A stretch of 64,000 bases of DNA from Thermodesulfobacteriota bacterium (GTDB lineage Bacteria; Desulfobacterota; Desulfarculia; JACQYL01): the NCBI GenBank assembly GCA_963675595.2, contig CAXXLZ010000001.1, forward strand, positions 416,001-480,000. Reading direction: 5' to 3'. The translations under genes were made by a program, and so were the position numbers. The notes beneath the pieces are model-generated. The model ran no database searches and was not told where the DNA came from. It worked only from the letters and a program-made list of their open reading frames with translations. This document shows, in pieces, positions 28,675-40,200 of the stretch; the stretch's first letter is position 1, and every line of letters starts with the position of its first letter.

Positions 28675-29328
28675 ATGGCCATTCGGATCCTATTGGTGGA
28701 GGACCACATCATTGTACGTGAAGCGCTTCGGCGAATGATGGAAAAACATCGCCACCTGGAAGTCGTGGGAGAAGCCGATAACGGCCGGGACGCCGTGCTC
28801 CTTACGGGAGAGTTGTTTCCCGACGTCGTCGTGATGGATTTGAGCTTACCCAAACTTAACGGGGTGGAGGCCACCCGTCAGATCGTATCCGAACATCCCG
28901 ATGTTCGCATCGTCGCACTTTCGATGCATGTGGAAAGGGTATTCGTCGCCGAAATGTTGCGCGCGGGAGCTGCGGCCTATGTGGTCAAAAGCGGCCCCTT
29001 TTCCGAAGTGCTCGACGCGGTTGAAGCGGTTTCTCGAGGCCGTAAGTATTTGAGTCCCGCCGTAGCGGGCATCGTGGTGGAAGGCTTTCTGGGGAGGGAT
29101 CAGGAGGCGAAGACTTCGGCGTTCATGGTTTTGACGGATCGGGAAAGAGAAGTTCTTCAACTCATCGCCGAGGGGCAGTCCACCAAAGAGATCGCCACCC
29201 AACTTCAGGTGAGTCCCAGCACGGTGGATTCTCATCGCAGGCAGTTGAAGTTGAAGCTCAGCATCCACAACATCGCGGATCTGGTCAAGTACGCCATTCG
29301 ACAGGGATTGACCGGCCTTGAGGCATGA
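28675..29328 (+). CDS. NarL/LuxR-family response regulator (paralog of 27491-28144)
   Basis: ILLVEDH, VMDLSLP, LTDREREVLQL, STVDSHRRQLKLKL; ATG at 28675 after AAAGGA. Confidence 0.93.
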   Translation: MAIRILLVEDHIIVREALRRMMEKHRHLEVVGEADNGRDAVLLTGELFPDVVVMDLSLPKLNGVEATRQIVSEHPDVRIVALSMHVERVFVAEMLRAGAAAYVVKSGPFSEVLDAVEAVSRGRKYLSPAVAGIVVEGFLGRDQEAKTSAFMVLTDREREVLQLIAEGQSTKEIATQLQVSPSTVDSHRRQLKLKLSIHNIADLVKYAIRQGLTGLEA

Positions 29329-29331
29329 GGT

Positions 29332-30054
29332 TCACGGTCTGTGAACGAGTTCTTTGAGCTGTACCGCCAACAGCATTTTAAGGGCGTCTTCGATTCTCCG
29401 GTCCAGCCGTTTATCCTGCTCGGAGAGCGCGGTTTCGAATTCGGCGCTTTCTCGAGTCAGCGTCGGAAAACCGCGACCCGGACCTCGTCCTACGAGCTGC
29501 AACCCCACCACGCCCCAGGACGGCTCCCACAGGGATATCCATAGTCCGGTGCCTTCATTGCATAGGCAAAGGTAGAAGCTCTCCGGACGGCTGCAGGCCG
29601 CGGCGTCCAGTTCTTGGATTCGTTTGGGCGTTCCAAGGAGTTCTGAAAGGCGTTCTTCCAGCGATAGGAAGCGCCGCCGCCCTACGTCGCCGTCGGCGTC
29701 TCCAAGGATCTCGGCTCCTTTCCAAACGGTTTTCACCAATCCATAGTCACGGTCCATGATGAGCAGGAACAGGTCGGTGGCGGGCAGATATTCAGGCGCA
29801 TAGTCCATTCGATAGATGGAAAAGCGTCCGATTTCTCTTTCCAGGGTAACCTCTTTTCCCTTCTTTTCGATATCTTGAACCTGCATTCCCCATTGGAATT
29901 CGGGGGCGTCGCCCGCCCTCGCGGAGGGAACCGACAGCAAGACGGCTAAAGCCGTCAGCAGACTGAAAAAGAGGGATTCGGCCGAGAAAAGGGTAGGGCG
30001 GTGCGAGAATCTCAGGGACGACTTTGAGAGGTCGCACATGGTGGATCGAGTCAT
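29332..30054 (-). CDS. Hypothetical exported protein
   Basis: ATGA overlap with upstream stop; hydrophobic segment ending ARA followed by FQWGM. Confidence 0.6.
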   Translation of the reverse strand: MTRSTMCDLSKSSLRFSHRPTLFSAESLFFSLLTALAVLLSVPSARAGDAPEFQWGMQVQDIEKKGKEVTLEREIGRFSIYRMDYAPEYLPATDLFLLIMDRDYGLVKTVWKGAEILGDADGDVGRRRFLSLEERLSELLGTPKRIQELDAAACSRPESFYLCLCNEGTGLWISLWEPSWGVVGLQLVGRGPGRGFPTLTRESAEFETALSEQDKRLDRRIEDALKMLLAVQLKELVHRP

Positions 30055-31043
30055 TTCAACCATGAAATGCCCCCGTGTGGGTTGGCCCAGTTCAACGGGG
30101 CTTCTCCCGACATGACTCGGCGTATGTTTTCAGCCACTCCTGAGCCGATGCCATGGTAAGAAACATCGGTTACGCCTCCGATGTGCGGTGTGACCAGAAG
30201 ATTTGAACACTGGAAGAGTGCATCTTCGGGGTCCGGCGGTTCGCTCCAATACACATCCAGGGCCGCTCCTCCGATTCGGCCGCGGTTCAACGCCGCCTGG
30301 AGCGCCTCCTTGCCGATAATGGGGCCACGCGACGCGTTGATGAGAAAGGCGCCGTCGGGCATGAGGTCGAACTCCTTTTCACCGATGAGTTCGAAGGTTT
30401 CAGGCTTCAGCGGCAAACAGATGAAGAGGTAATCCGACATCGCGATGAGTTGGGGAAGGGAGTCCATGTCTCCCAACCAGACTAGATGGAATCGCTCTTT
30501 CAGATCGTGGTCGGGACTCCGCTTGACCGCCGCGAGGTGCATTCCGAACGGACGCAGTCGGGATGCCAGGGCTCTGCCGATGCCGCCGAAACCAACGAAT
30601 CCCGCGGTCCGACCGATGAGGGACCGCCCGGCGGGAGCCCCCCAGGGGCCTTTTTCACGAACAGTCGCTTCGACGGCGGGATAGCTGCGGCTGAGGCAAA
30701 TGGCGGCCATAACGCACCATTCGGCCACGGACTCCGCGTTTCCGGTGTTCTCCGTGGGCACGTTGGCCACGGCCACCTTGTATCGGCGGGCCATTTCCTG
30801 GTCCACACCATCCAGACCGGATCCCCACTGCTGGATCAGACGAAGTCTGTCGGCGGCTCGGAACACGGACTCGTTAATCCTGGTCATGGCCGGTATCAAC
30901 ACGTCCGCCTCTTTCACGGCGTTTTCCAGGTGTTCGACCTCCGATGCCTCCACGGTGCTCGCGGGCAGCAACGCTCTCAGGTGATGCACCAAGGGTTCGA
31001 AATGCTTTCCGGCGACAACGATGTGAGCTTTGATTTCAGGCAT
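30051..31043 (-). CDS. D-isomer-specific 2-hydroxyacid dehydrogenase
   Basis: NAESVAE, GFVGFGGIG, LINASRG, LDVY..EP, TPHIGG. Confidence 0.92.
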   Translation of the reverse strand: MPEIKAHIVVAGKHFEPLVHHLRALLPASTVEASEVEHLENAVKEADVLIPAMTRINESVFRAADRLRLIQQWGSGLDGVDQEMARRYKVAVANVPTENTGNAESVAEWCVMAAICLSRSYPAVEATVREKGPWGAPAGRSLIGRTAGFVGFGGIGRALASRLRPFGMHLAAVKRSPDHDLKERFHLVWLGDMDSLPQLIAMSDYLFICLPLKPETFELIGEKEFDLMPDGAFLINASRGPIIGKEALQAALNRGRIGGAALDVYWSEPPDPEDALFQCSNLLVTPHIGGVTDVSYHGIGSGVAENIRRVMSGEAPLNWANPHGGISWLK

Positions 31044-31299
31044 GATCCAAATATTCTCCGAATAGGTTCGTCGGGTTGCGTATGGTCGTACTGAAACGCG
31101 GCCGCGAGGGATTGTGAACGACTGAATAGGGTTGCGCAGAGGCGTCGTTTCGTCAGCCGCTCTGTTGACTCTCCCCGCGTGCAAACCATCCTTAAACCCT
31201 TAGGCTCCGAGCCACCAGAGGCGAAACGACTGTGCTCGAAAAGGTTCGCCTCCCCGTTGGCTGGTTGCAGGTTAGGAGACGACCTTCGGCACGGCAAGC

Positions 31300-33216
31300 T
31301 CAACAGTCCGGGCGTCGTTCGGTATTTCTTTCTTCTACCTCCCCGGATGCGCGGGCTCGTTTGATCCAGACCTGCAGAATGCTGATGGCGGCCGGTGTAA
31401 TGCCCGAGATGCGAGACGCCTGCCCCAGGGAACGGGGCCGGATTCGGCCGAGTTTCTCCTTCACCTCGTTGGACAAGCCGGGAATCCCGCTGAATTCCAG
31501 AGCGTCAGGGATGGTTTCCGACTCCGCCTGACGGAAGCGGGCCACTTCATCCTCTTGCCGCCTGATGTAGCCGTCGTACTTCACCTGAATCTCCACCTGT
31601 TCGGCGGCAACGGCGGAAAGGTGCGACAGGCCCTCGTCAAAGCGGGCCAAGCCCTTCAGGCGGATTTCCGGGCGTCGCAACAGGTCTTCCAGGGTGGCCG
31701 GATTAATCAAAGGTGCGGAACCCAGTTCGCGTAATTGATCGTTGACCGCCGCGGACGGCATCAGTCGTTGAGCCCGGATGCGCTCAAGCAGGCTTTCGAC
31801 GGCTCGTTTTTTTTCCTGAAAAGCCTGATATTCCGCATCCTTCAGAAGCCCGATGGATCGCCCTCGTTCACAGAGTCGCAAGTCCGCGTTGTCCTCACGA
31901 AGCAACAAACGATACTCCGCCCGACTGGTGAACATTCGGTATGGTTCCTGCGTTCCGCGAGTGACCAGATCGTCGATCAGCACTCCAATGTAGGCATCGG
32001 CACGCGTGGGGACGAAAGGCTCCCGGCCCTGCACACGAAGGGCCGCGTTGATCCCGGCCATCAATCCCTGTGCCGCGGCCTCTTCGTATCCCGAAGTGCC
32101 GTTGATCTGTCCGGCAAAGAACAGACCGCCCACTTCCTTGGTTTCCAGGCTGTGATGGAGGTGGGTCGGGTCTACATAATCGTATTCAATGCCGTATCCG
32201 GGACGGACGATTTCCGCTTTCTCCAGTCCCGGGATGGATTTGACCATCCGAATTTGAGTCTCAATGGGCAGAGAGGTGGGAATCCCGTTGGGGTAGACTT
32301 CTTCGGTTTCCATTCCCTCGGGTTCCAGGAAAATCTGATGCCTGGGTTTTTCACGGAACCGGACCACCTTGTCTTCGATGGACGGGCAATATCGTGCCCC
32401 CACCCCGGTGATGACGCCGGCGTAAAGGGGAGACTGGTCCAGGGAGCCCAGAATGATTTCGTGCGTCTTATCATTGGTGTAGGTGATGTAACAAGGAACC
32501 TGCTCACGTTCGATGGGGGGTGAAAAAAAGGAGAACGGGCGTGGGTTCGGGTCGCCGTGCTGGGGCTCGAGGCCCTGGAAATCAATGGTGCGGCCGTTGA
32601 GGCGCGGCGTGGTACCGGTTTTCAAACGACCCACTCGGAAGCCCAACTGAGAAAGACAGTCGGAGAGCCGGTTGCTGGGCGGGTCGCCCAACCGCCCTGC
32701 GGGGAAGTTCTTGAGACCGATGTGCACCAGACCGTGCAGAAACGTTCCGGTGGTGAGAATTACATTGGGTGCGAAAAAACGTTGACCGATGCCGGTTTCG
32801 ATTCCCCGGACCCGATGGTCTTCCACCAGGATGAGGTCGGCGGTTCCCTGTTTGACATCCAGATGCTCCTGGTGTTCCAGGACACGGCGCATCAATCGTT
32901 TGTACAGTTCCATGTCCGCTTGGGCTCTGGACGACTGTACGGCGGGCCCTTTCTTCGTGTTCAGGCGGCGGAACTGAATCCCCGCTTGGTCCGCCACCTG
33001 AGCCATACGTCCCCCAAGGGCGTCGATCTCCTTCACCAGATGTCCTTTGCCCAGACCTCCCACGGCGGGGTTGCAGCTCATGGCGGCAATGTGATCCACG
33101 TTGATCGTCAGCAGCAAGGCCCGACAGCCCATGCGGGCGGCGGCCAAGGCGGCCTCGCACCCCGCGTGCCCCGCGCCCACCACGATCACGTCATAGTCAT
33201 AAGTGTTTTCCGCCAT
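31300..33216 (-). CDS. mnmG: tRNA uridine-5-carboxymethylaminomethyl(34) synthesis enzyme MnmG (GidA)
   Basis: [57 protein letters not shown]. Confidence 0.97.
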   Translation of the reverse strand: MAENTYDYDVIVVGAGHAGCEAALAAARMGCRALLLTINVDHIAAMSCNPAVGGLGKGHLVKEIDALGGRMAQVADQAGIQFRRLNTKKGPAVQSSRAQADMELYKRLMRRVLEHQEHLDVKQGTADLILVEDHRVRGIETGIGQRFFAPNVILTTGTFLHGLVHIGLKNFPAGRLGDPPSNRLSDCLSQLGFRVGRLKTGTTPRLNGRTIDFQGLEPQHGDPNPRPFSFFSPPIEREQVPCYITYTNDKTHEIILGSLDQSPLYAGVITGVGARYCPSIEDKVVRFREKPRHQIFLEPEGMETEEVYPNGIPTSLPIETQIRMVKSIPGLEKAEIVRPGYGIEYDYVDPTHLHHSLETKEVGGLFFAGQINGTSGYEEAAAQGLMAGINAALRVQGREPFVPTRADAYIGVLIDDLVTRGTQEPYRMFTSRAEYRLLLREDNADLRLCERGRSIGLLKDAEYQAFQEKKRAVESLLERIRAQRLMPSAAVNDQLRELGSAPLINPATLEDLLRRPEIRLKGLARFDEGLSHLSAVAAEQVEIQVKYDGYIRRQEDEVARFRQAESETIPDALEFSGIPGLSNEVKEKLGRIRPRSLGQASRISGITPAAISILQVWIKRARASGEVEERNTERRPDC

Positions 33217-33564
33217 GGGTGCTCAATTATCTCCCGAGAGTTATTTGATCGGACCGGTCAAAAACGTGGACTGTCGCGCCATGCTCCATCACTCGTCACA
33301 GTGATGTGCTCCATGCACGTCCTCTCGTGAGCGGCAGGAGTTGTATGTCGTCGTTCTTTTGTTCGCTCTTGTCGAATCCGGTTCTTTCAGCGGACTATGA
33401 TAATACGGATTCATATAACAGATTCTCTCTCAAGATGCATCCGGTCCGGAGAAAACGACGATGAAGCCGTTGGATCGAGGATGCGGTTACTCTTGAACAT
33501 GGGGAGGATTGGATAGGGAGGTTTCCGGAGCCACGGATACCCCTTCAAGCGGGAAATGAGAGAA

Positions 33565-33588
33565 GGGCGGAGCAGGGACGCTCCGCCC
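33565..33588 (-). terminator. Hairpin, likely terminator after the GalT-like gene
   Basis: GGGCGGAGC-6 nt-GCTCCGCCC, followed on the minus strand by TTCTCTCATTT. Confidence 0.55.
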
Positions 33589-33608
33589 GATCAATCGACC
33601 AACGGAGA

Positions 33609-34640
33609 TCAGGACTGGAAAAACGTCCGCAGCCCCTCGGCTATTTCCTCAGGCGTGAAAAAGGTGGTGGATTCGTCGTGCATTCGTTCGAAGTAATTGA
33701 TGTCCGATACGCCGAAACCGGGCAGATTCACCCTCGGGATCAGACGGACAAGATGGAAAACCGAGTCGGCATCGGTAACGGCGGATGTGTAGAGGCTGAA
33801 GTTGAAGCTCTGAATGTTTCGGCTTCCGAAGAAGCGGATGACCCGGGACATGCCGTCCGCCAGATCACGCGTCAGAGAAGAGGATAAGGACAAGAAACCG
33901 GATGACCTTGGGAGGACCCCCCACAGGTCCATCAGGCCTTTGGGCGCGAATGCGCTGAGCCAGTGGACTTCCCCTGTTCGACCCACGTATCGTTTTCCAT
34001 CGGTGACTTCATGTTCGAGCAAAGCGTCGAAAATCGCTCCCGAATCTTGTCCGTTGAACTCACCGGCGGCCCGCAGCAATGTCGCCTGGTAGCGGGTCGG
34101 TGTGTTCGAGGCGAGAACTTGGACATGGGGATGAATGAGACCCGCACCGGACAACGGCATGTAATTGCAGTTCACCGAAGCGTGGATGCAATCGGGGTTT
34201 TGCTCCACGATCTTAATCAGGTAGGCCTTCGCCACTGCGAGACCATCGGTCACAAGCTCCGGCCGGAAATCCGCCGGTGCCACGAAATGATCCGGACCCA
34301 GCACGGCTACGGCGCTGTGCCGGGCATAAGGAAAGGCATTGGGGAACAAGGTGGCGCAACCTTCTCGAATGCGCCCGCCGGGCACTCCGAAAGAGGGCAG
34401 GAAACGGCTTGTCTTGGCTTCCAGGACCTCAGGGCAGAAGGGACAGGTCTCCTTGGATCGTTCGACGATTTGAGTGAGGTCCACCGGTTCGAAGGGCTTC
34501 AGTCTGAAGGGAACGATGCGGCAGACGTGTCCGGAAAGAGGGTCTATTCGGACTTCGCCTTTCATGGTGGCGGGTTCAAATCCTTTGAAAGGACTTTCAA
34601 AGGTAGCCTCCTGAGCCTCTGCGACAAAATCCAGTTTCAT
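33609..34640 (-). CDS. Galactose-1-phosphate uridylyltransferase-like (GalT/HIT superfamily) protein
   Basis: EVRIDPLSG, CPFC, FPNAFPY, SGAGLIHPHVQ (HxHxQ), FAP. Confidence 0.8.
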   Translation of the reverse strand: MKLDFVAEAQEATFESPFKGFEPATMKGEVRIDPLSGHVCRIVPFRLKPFEPVDLTQIVERSKETCPFCPEVLEAKTSRFLPSFGVPGGRIREGCATLFPNAFPYARHSAVAVLGPDHFVAPADFRPELVTDGLAVAKAYLIKIVEQNPDCIHASVNCNYMPLSGAGLIHPHVQVLASNTPTRYQATLLRAAGEFNGQDSGAIFDALLEHEVTDGKRYVGRTGEVHWLSAFAPKGLMDLWGVLPRSSGFLSLSSSLTRDLADGMSRVIRFFGSRNIQSFNFSLYTSAVTDADSVFHLVRLIPRVNLPGFGVSDINYFERMHDESTTFFTPEEIAEGLRTFFQS

Positions 34641-34673
34641 TTTCTACCTCCCCGAGCTTGCCACGACGGACGT

Positions 34674-35246
34674 TCAGACGGTTTCCGCCGTTTCTTTACG
34701 CGTGCGTCCTTCATGAGTGCGTACGTATTCCGAGACTTCCACACGAACCCTTTCCGTAACCAGGTCCGCTTTGTCGATGAGCCACAAAGGTGCCGATGTG
34801 CCGGTCATGACCAATTCCACGTTTCTGGGTTTCGCTCTGATGAGGTCCTTGGTCTCCGATTCCGTGATCCAACCTGCCGTCAGGGCGTCCAGAACGCCGT
34901 CGGCTATGACGAGAGCGTAAGAGCCGGACTTCAGCGCTTCGATGAGTCTGGTGATGCCTTGATGGGGATTGCCGGAGGGAACGTCGCGGATATCGGGTAG
35001 GCTTCCCGGCAGGCCGAAAAGTTCGATTTTAATTTTGGGCAAAAGCTCTCGAATGGCCGCGTAACCATGAATTTCGTCGTGCCGGAAGCGGGCCATGAAG
35101 GTCTCGAAGCGGTAAGTGGACATTCGGACCGCCAAGCCGAAAATGGCCAGCGATTTCCCGTAGCCGCTTCCCATGTGTATCTGCGTGTAGCCTTGCCGGA
35201 TCTTCTTGGGAGGTCTTGATGGCTTGCGGTTGGGCATACTGTCCAT
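34674..35246 (-). CDS. CobA/CobO/BtuR-like cob(I)alamin adenosyltransferase homolog with degenerate motifs
   Basis: QGYTQIHMGSGYGKSLAIFGLAVR, YALVIADG, KPRNVELVMTG..AP..LIDKADLVTE. Confidence 0.7.
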   Translation of the reverse strand: MDSMPNRKPSRPPKKIRQGYTQIHMGSGYGKSLAIFGLAVRMSTYRFETFMARFRHDEIHGYAAIRELLPKIKIELFGLPGSLPDIRDVPSGNPHQGITRLIEALKSGSYALVIADGVLDALTAGWITESETKDLIRAKPRNVELVMTGTSAPLWLIDKADLVTERVRVEVSEYVRTHEGRTRKETAETV

Positions 35247-35865
35247 GGATTCTTCGTTTCTCGTGGGTTTTCGGCATAGCCGGCCGGTGCTCCGGCAAGG
35301 GATCGGGTTCTCCCGATGATTAATCGAAAGTCGCTTTGTTGCTTGAACGGTGGAGCGCCGACGGGTACAAAGGCCGCAGTCGGGGATCCTCGCTCGTTGG
35401 GTTCATGATCTCCCCGTATGTTCACCTTGATCGGACTCTCGACCGGAAGATTCCATCATCTCCGGCAAAGGTGCTTCCAAGAGAAGCAGCGGGACCGGGC
35501 AAGGATAACGAGTTCGCTGTTGAGCGCGAGGCAACAGAGGATTCTTGGATTACACGAGCGAAACATGCGGCAAAGATTTTTCTAACGTAAGGGTCGGAAG
35601 ACTGTCAAGAGAGTTGTATATTTTCCGGAACGGCAGGTCCCGCTTTGGCGAAAATCCTCGCGTCGGGCTTCGGCGAGGTAACGGATATTTTTCGCGACTT
35701 ATTGGTTCCGTAGCGCGGCTTCCGGGCCAAACACTTGATCGCCGAGAAGCCGGGCCTTAAACTCCCCCGAAGTACCGTCCGAGCGTATCGTCGATTGATG
35801 CGATAGAAGGGCATGAACGACGGCCCTCAATTCCTTTTGTCCTTTGGAACCCCACATGAGCCAAG

Positions 35866-37221
35866 ATGCGCTGTCTCTTTGTTAATCCACAAATCGGCGA
35901 CTTTTTCGAGGGGCTGACTCCCGGGCAGGTGCCCTTGCTCAAAAGGGTGGTGGCCGGCAGCAGAACGTTGCGGGAACGCCTCGAATTCAGCCGCAAAGCC
36001 CTGTCGTCGTTAGGACTCCTCACCGCGGCGACTGTGGGCTCCGGAGTTCGGCCCGGCGTACATTTCGACTTTATCGACGAGAATCTGGATGCGCGGGCGG
36101 TGGAAGACGAGCTCGAGCAGGGAGTGGACCTTCTTGCTCTGGGCGGTACCGTCTATCAGATGAATCGCATCCTGGCCTTGATCCGGGAAGCGGTTAAGCG
36201 GAAGATTCCCGTTGTGGTGGGCGGCGCTGCGGCGATGACCTTCCCGGACCTGTTTATGCGGAAAGGCGTCTCCGTCGTTCTTGGAGAGAGTGAGCCACTT
36301 TTCCCGGAATTCTTGACCGATTGGGAAAAGGGCGCTCCCAAAGGCAGGTACGAGTCGCATTCCAATGCCGGTATGGATCTCAAACACTCTCCCGTGCCGG
36401 ACTTCTCTCTGGCCGAGACGTACGACCACACCTTCGTCGGGATTCAGACGAGCCGGGGCTGTCCCTATCACTGTGAATTCTGTCAAGTCTCCGGGATGCT
36501 TGGAGACACCTACCGACGAAAACCCTTGGAGCGTATCGTGGAAGAAACACGGCGGGTGAAGTCTCTGTGGCCCGATGCGTTCTTTTTCTTCTATGACAAC
36601 AATTTTTTTGCCGACCGTGAGTTCGCGCGCGGTGTCCTTTTAAGTCTATCCCGCGAAGGCGTAAAGCTGGGGCGGTGGGGCACCAACGCCGACGCTTCGG
36701 TGTACGAAGACGGGGAGCTGCTGGATTTGGCGATGAGCCTCGGTCCTCTGGATTATCTGGGTATCGGGTTCGAATCTCTTTCCGGGGACAGCCTGAGCAC
36801 CATAAAGAATCGGAAGAAAGCCGGCCTTCTGAAGAAGTACGATGAGGTTGTAGCGGCCCTTAAGGCCAAAGGTGTGGGCGTTTTCGGATATTTCATGTTC
36901 GGGTTCGAAAACGGCACGGCGGGCGATCTGGAAGCGGCGGTCCAATTTATTCTTCATCACGATATTGACGCCCAAATCAGCCGCCTTGTTCCCATGCCCG
37001 GAACCCGTCTTTATGATCGACTACTGGACGAGGTCCGGGAACGATCCGGTGCGGTGAGCAGAGGGCCTTTAGGACGTTGGAATCAAGTGCGGGAATTGCT
37101 TCTGGAGAAGAGCGGCTTTACTTTGCTCGGCCTTACCGAGTTGCTGGCCGGAGCCTATGAACGGATCTACGACGATTCCAGGCGCGCTTCGGCTCTCCCG
37201 CTGCCTGCTCCCTTTCTTTGA
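35866..37221 (+). CDS. Cobalamin-binding radical SAM protein #1
   Basis: SLGLLT, IDEN, IPVVVGG (B12-binding domain); QTSRGCPYHCEFC; IGFES; YFMFGF. Confidence 0.9.
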   Translation: MRCLFVNPQIGDFFEGLTPGQVPLLKRVVAGSRTLRERLEFSRKALSSLGLLTAATVGSGVRPGVHFDFIDENLDARAVEDELEQGVDLLALGGTVYQMNRILALIREAVKRKIPVVVGGAAAMTFPDLFMRKGVSVVLGESEPLFPEFLTDWEKGAPKGRYESHSNAGMDLKHSPVPDFSLAETYDHTFVGIQTSRGCPYHCEFCQVSGMLGDTYRRKPLERIVEETRRVKSLWPDAFFFFYDNNFFADREFARGVLLSLSREGVKLGRWGTNADASVYEDGELLDLAMSLGPLDYLGIGFESLSGDSLSTIKNRKKAGLLKKYDEVVAALKAKGVGVFGYFMFGFENGTAGDLEAAVQFILHHDIDAQISRLVPMPGTRLYDRLLDEVRERSGAVSRGPLGRWNQVRELLLEKSGFTLLGLTELLAGAYERIYDDSRRASALPLPAPFL

Positions 37222-37257
37222 CGGCGCCGCCGCACTATCCCGTGTTTAGGAGCTGAA

Positions 37258-40200
37258 TTGCATTCGGACGAGGAACATTATCGCCGTTGGAAAGGGGAAT
37301 TGCAAACGGCCGAGGCCGTGGCGGTCGTGGGACTGGCCGCCCGGCTCCCCGGGGCTTCCGATATCCTGCGGTTCTGGAGGAACCTGGAGTCGGCCAGGGA
37401 CTGCATCACGGAAGTGACCCGTTGGAACCACGAATCGCTGTTTTCAACCAACCGGGAAGAGCCGGGAAAGACTTACTGTAAATGGGGGGGCTTCCTCGAC
37501 AGTGTGGACCGTTTCGATTCGGGATTCTTTCAGGTATCCCCGGCCCAGGCCCTCGAAATGGACCCAAGGCAGCGGCTGTTTCTGGAAGTCGCCTGGGAAG
37601 CCATCGAGAACGCGGGCATACCGGCGAGAGACCTCGCCGGCTCAAAGACCGGTGTGTTCGTGGGGGCTTCGAACAATCAGTACCTTCATCTATGGGGAAG
37701 CTCCGGTCTCGGAAGAATGAACGGTCTGGACAATACCGGCGCCGGTATCGCCAATCGCGTGTCCTTCTTCCTGGATTTGCGGGGACCGAGCACCGCGGTG
37801 GACACCACCTGCTCTTCTTCGATGACGGCGGTTCACACAGCCTGCCGGAGCCTGCTTTCGGGCGAATCGGAAACCGCGCTGGCCGGGGGAGTTCATCTGA
37901 ATCTTCTTCCGGAATATTACCTGACCATGAGCCGGATGCGCCTCCTGGCGTCCGAGGGGAAGCACCGGGTACTGGACCGACGGGCCGACGGCTTCATACC
38001 CGGAGAAGGCGTCGCGGTTGTGGTGCTCAAGCCGTTGGACCGGGCAATCCGCGACGGAGATACGATTCATGCGGTCATTCGGGGCTCGGCCGTGAATTAC
38101 TCCGGCAGGACGGGCCATTTGACGGAGCCGTCCCCGGAGGCCGAGAAGGAGGTGGTGGCCGAAGCCTTGGCCCGGTCGGATGTGGACCCGGAAAGCGTCT
38201 CTTATATCGAGCTCAACGGGGCGGGTACGGTCCTGGGCGATTCCGCGGAGGCCAACGCGCTTGGGGAGATATTCGGCGGGAATCGGAGCGGTCCCCTGTT
38301 CCTGGGCTCGGTGAAGAGCGGCATCGGCAACCTCGAGGCCGCCTCCGGCTTGGTGGGAATGATCAAAGTGATCCTGTCCATGCGTTTCCGAACCTTGCCC
38401 GCCATGCTTCATTTCGAGCAACCCAACCGGTTCGTTCGGTGGCGGGAGCTACCTTTTCAGGTGGTTTCGGAAACCGTACCGTGGGATGAGCGTTGTCGTC
38501 CCTTTCGTGCCGGGGTGAGTTCCTTCGGAGTGGGTGGAGCCAACGTACATGTCGTGCTCGAAGAGTGCCCCCGAGACATGGGAAACAAGGGACTCCCGGG
38601 CACCGTTCACCTATCACGGCCGCGTGAGGTTGATGAACGCCCCAGGCTCTTCGTCTGTTCGGCCCGGTCTCGTGAGGCGCTGAAACAGGGGCTGAGCAGA
38701 CTGTACCAAACGGTGGCGGAACGGATAGGCCCCGACGACCTTGGGAATCTGGCCTACACTCTGGCTGCGGGCAGGGAGCATTTCTCCCATCGTTTGGCCT
38801 GGGTCGTCTCCACCGGGGATGAGCTGCTTTCCGCCATGCGCCGATGCATGGAAACGGAAACATGGGAAAGTCTTTCCGAGGAGGAAGGGTGCTTTTACGG
38901 GGTGGCACCGACAACGAATACAAGGCGAAAAAAATCCTTCCCATGGATGGCCGAGGGAAAAAAGGAGGCGGCATCCGCCCGTCGTAACCCTGAGTTCGTA
39001 TTCGCCTTTGCGGCCTTCCGACCCGAGGATACGGCTTCATGGCGGGATGTGGAGTCTTGCGGAGCACCGGCTTGGATCCGCAAGTCCCTCATGGAACGGA
39101 AAGGCAAGGTGAACGCACTCCTGGACCGCTTTTTGTCGTCTGCGCGAGAGCGAGGCTTCACGCTTTCCAGCCAAGTCGCCGATAAGATCGAATGGGTGCT
39201 TCGAGGCATGGCGTTTCAGGAAACCGCAGCGCGCTTTCTATGGGAACTCGGTGTTCGGCCCGTCCGGACCGTGGCGGTCGGGTGGGGGGAATATGCGAAA
39301 CACTGCTTCGAGAATCCCGATGAATTGGAGACGATCTGCTCGGACTTGATGAACCGGGCGTCCTTGGACGAGCCGTTCATGGGAGAGTCCGATCCGCCTT
39401 TTGGTGTTTCCGACCCTGATGTTTTTGTTTTTTCGCCCGCATCGGTGCTTCGAGGCGGCGAGCTGTTGGGTCGGGCCGCCCGAGCCCACGTGCGGGGAGT
39501 GAGCCTCCGGTGGGAGTTGTCGACGGACGACGGTCTCAAACGCAAGTTGGCGTTACCCTCCTATCCTTTCGAGGGGCGGAGGTATTGGCCCGTTCCGGAC
39601 GGTGTCGAGCCGACAGGATCCGAGGCCTTGGAAGTCGGCGTGGAGAGGGAAGCGGCCGAGAACGCCAACCGCGCTTCGACGGATGTGGGGCCGGTTCGCT
39701 CCGAGGACCTTGCAGAGCGGATTAGTTCCGTTTTCATGCACGGCATGGTGGAGAAACTGGGCTTTCGCCCTGAAGAAATCGATGTGGACCGGCCGTTGGA
39801 GGCCTATGGATTCGACTCCATTTTCCTGGTTTCCTGCCTGGAGGAGTTGGAGCGGTCTTTGGGTGTGGTCATCAGCCGTTTCGAGGTCACGGATGCATCG
39901 ACTCTTCGGGGTATCGTGGAATGTTGCGTCTCCGTGGTCCTTCGGAAAAGTCCTGCTTCGGGCACCATTCGCCACACGTTTTCGGTGGGTACCCGCCGAA
40001 CCGATCGGAACGACTCCGAGGAGAGAATCGCAGTGGTGGGGATGGCGGGACGTTTTCCGGGAGCGGACGACCTGGACGAATACTGGGAGAACCTAATTTC
40101 CGCTCGGGAGTCCATTGTGGAGGTTCCACAGGAACGCTTCGACCTGTCTGCGCTCTACGACCCGGATTCCAGAAAGCCGGGGAAGACGGTCTCGAAATGG

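Noticed and set aside
38990-39480. Functional acyltransferase domain in the PKS-like proteins (also ~60700-61050)
   Set aside because: Only remnants (VRPVRTVAVGWGEY; GIRTFVTMG); the GHSxG serine motif is absent
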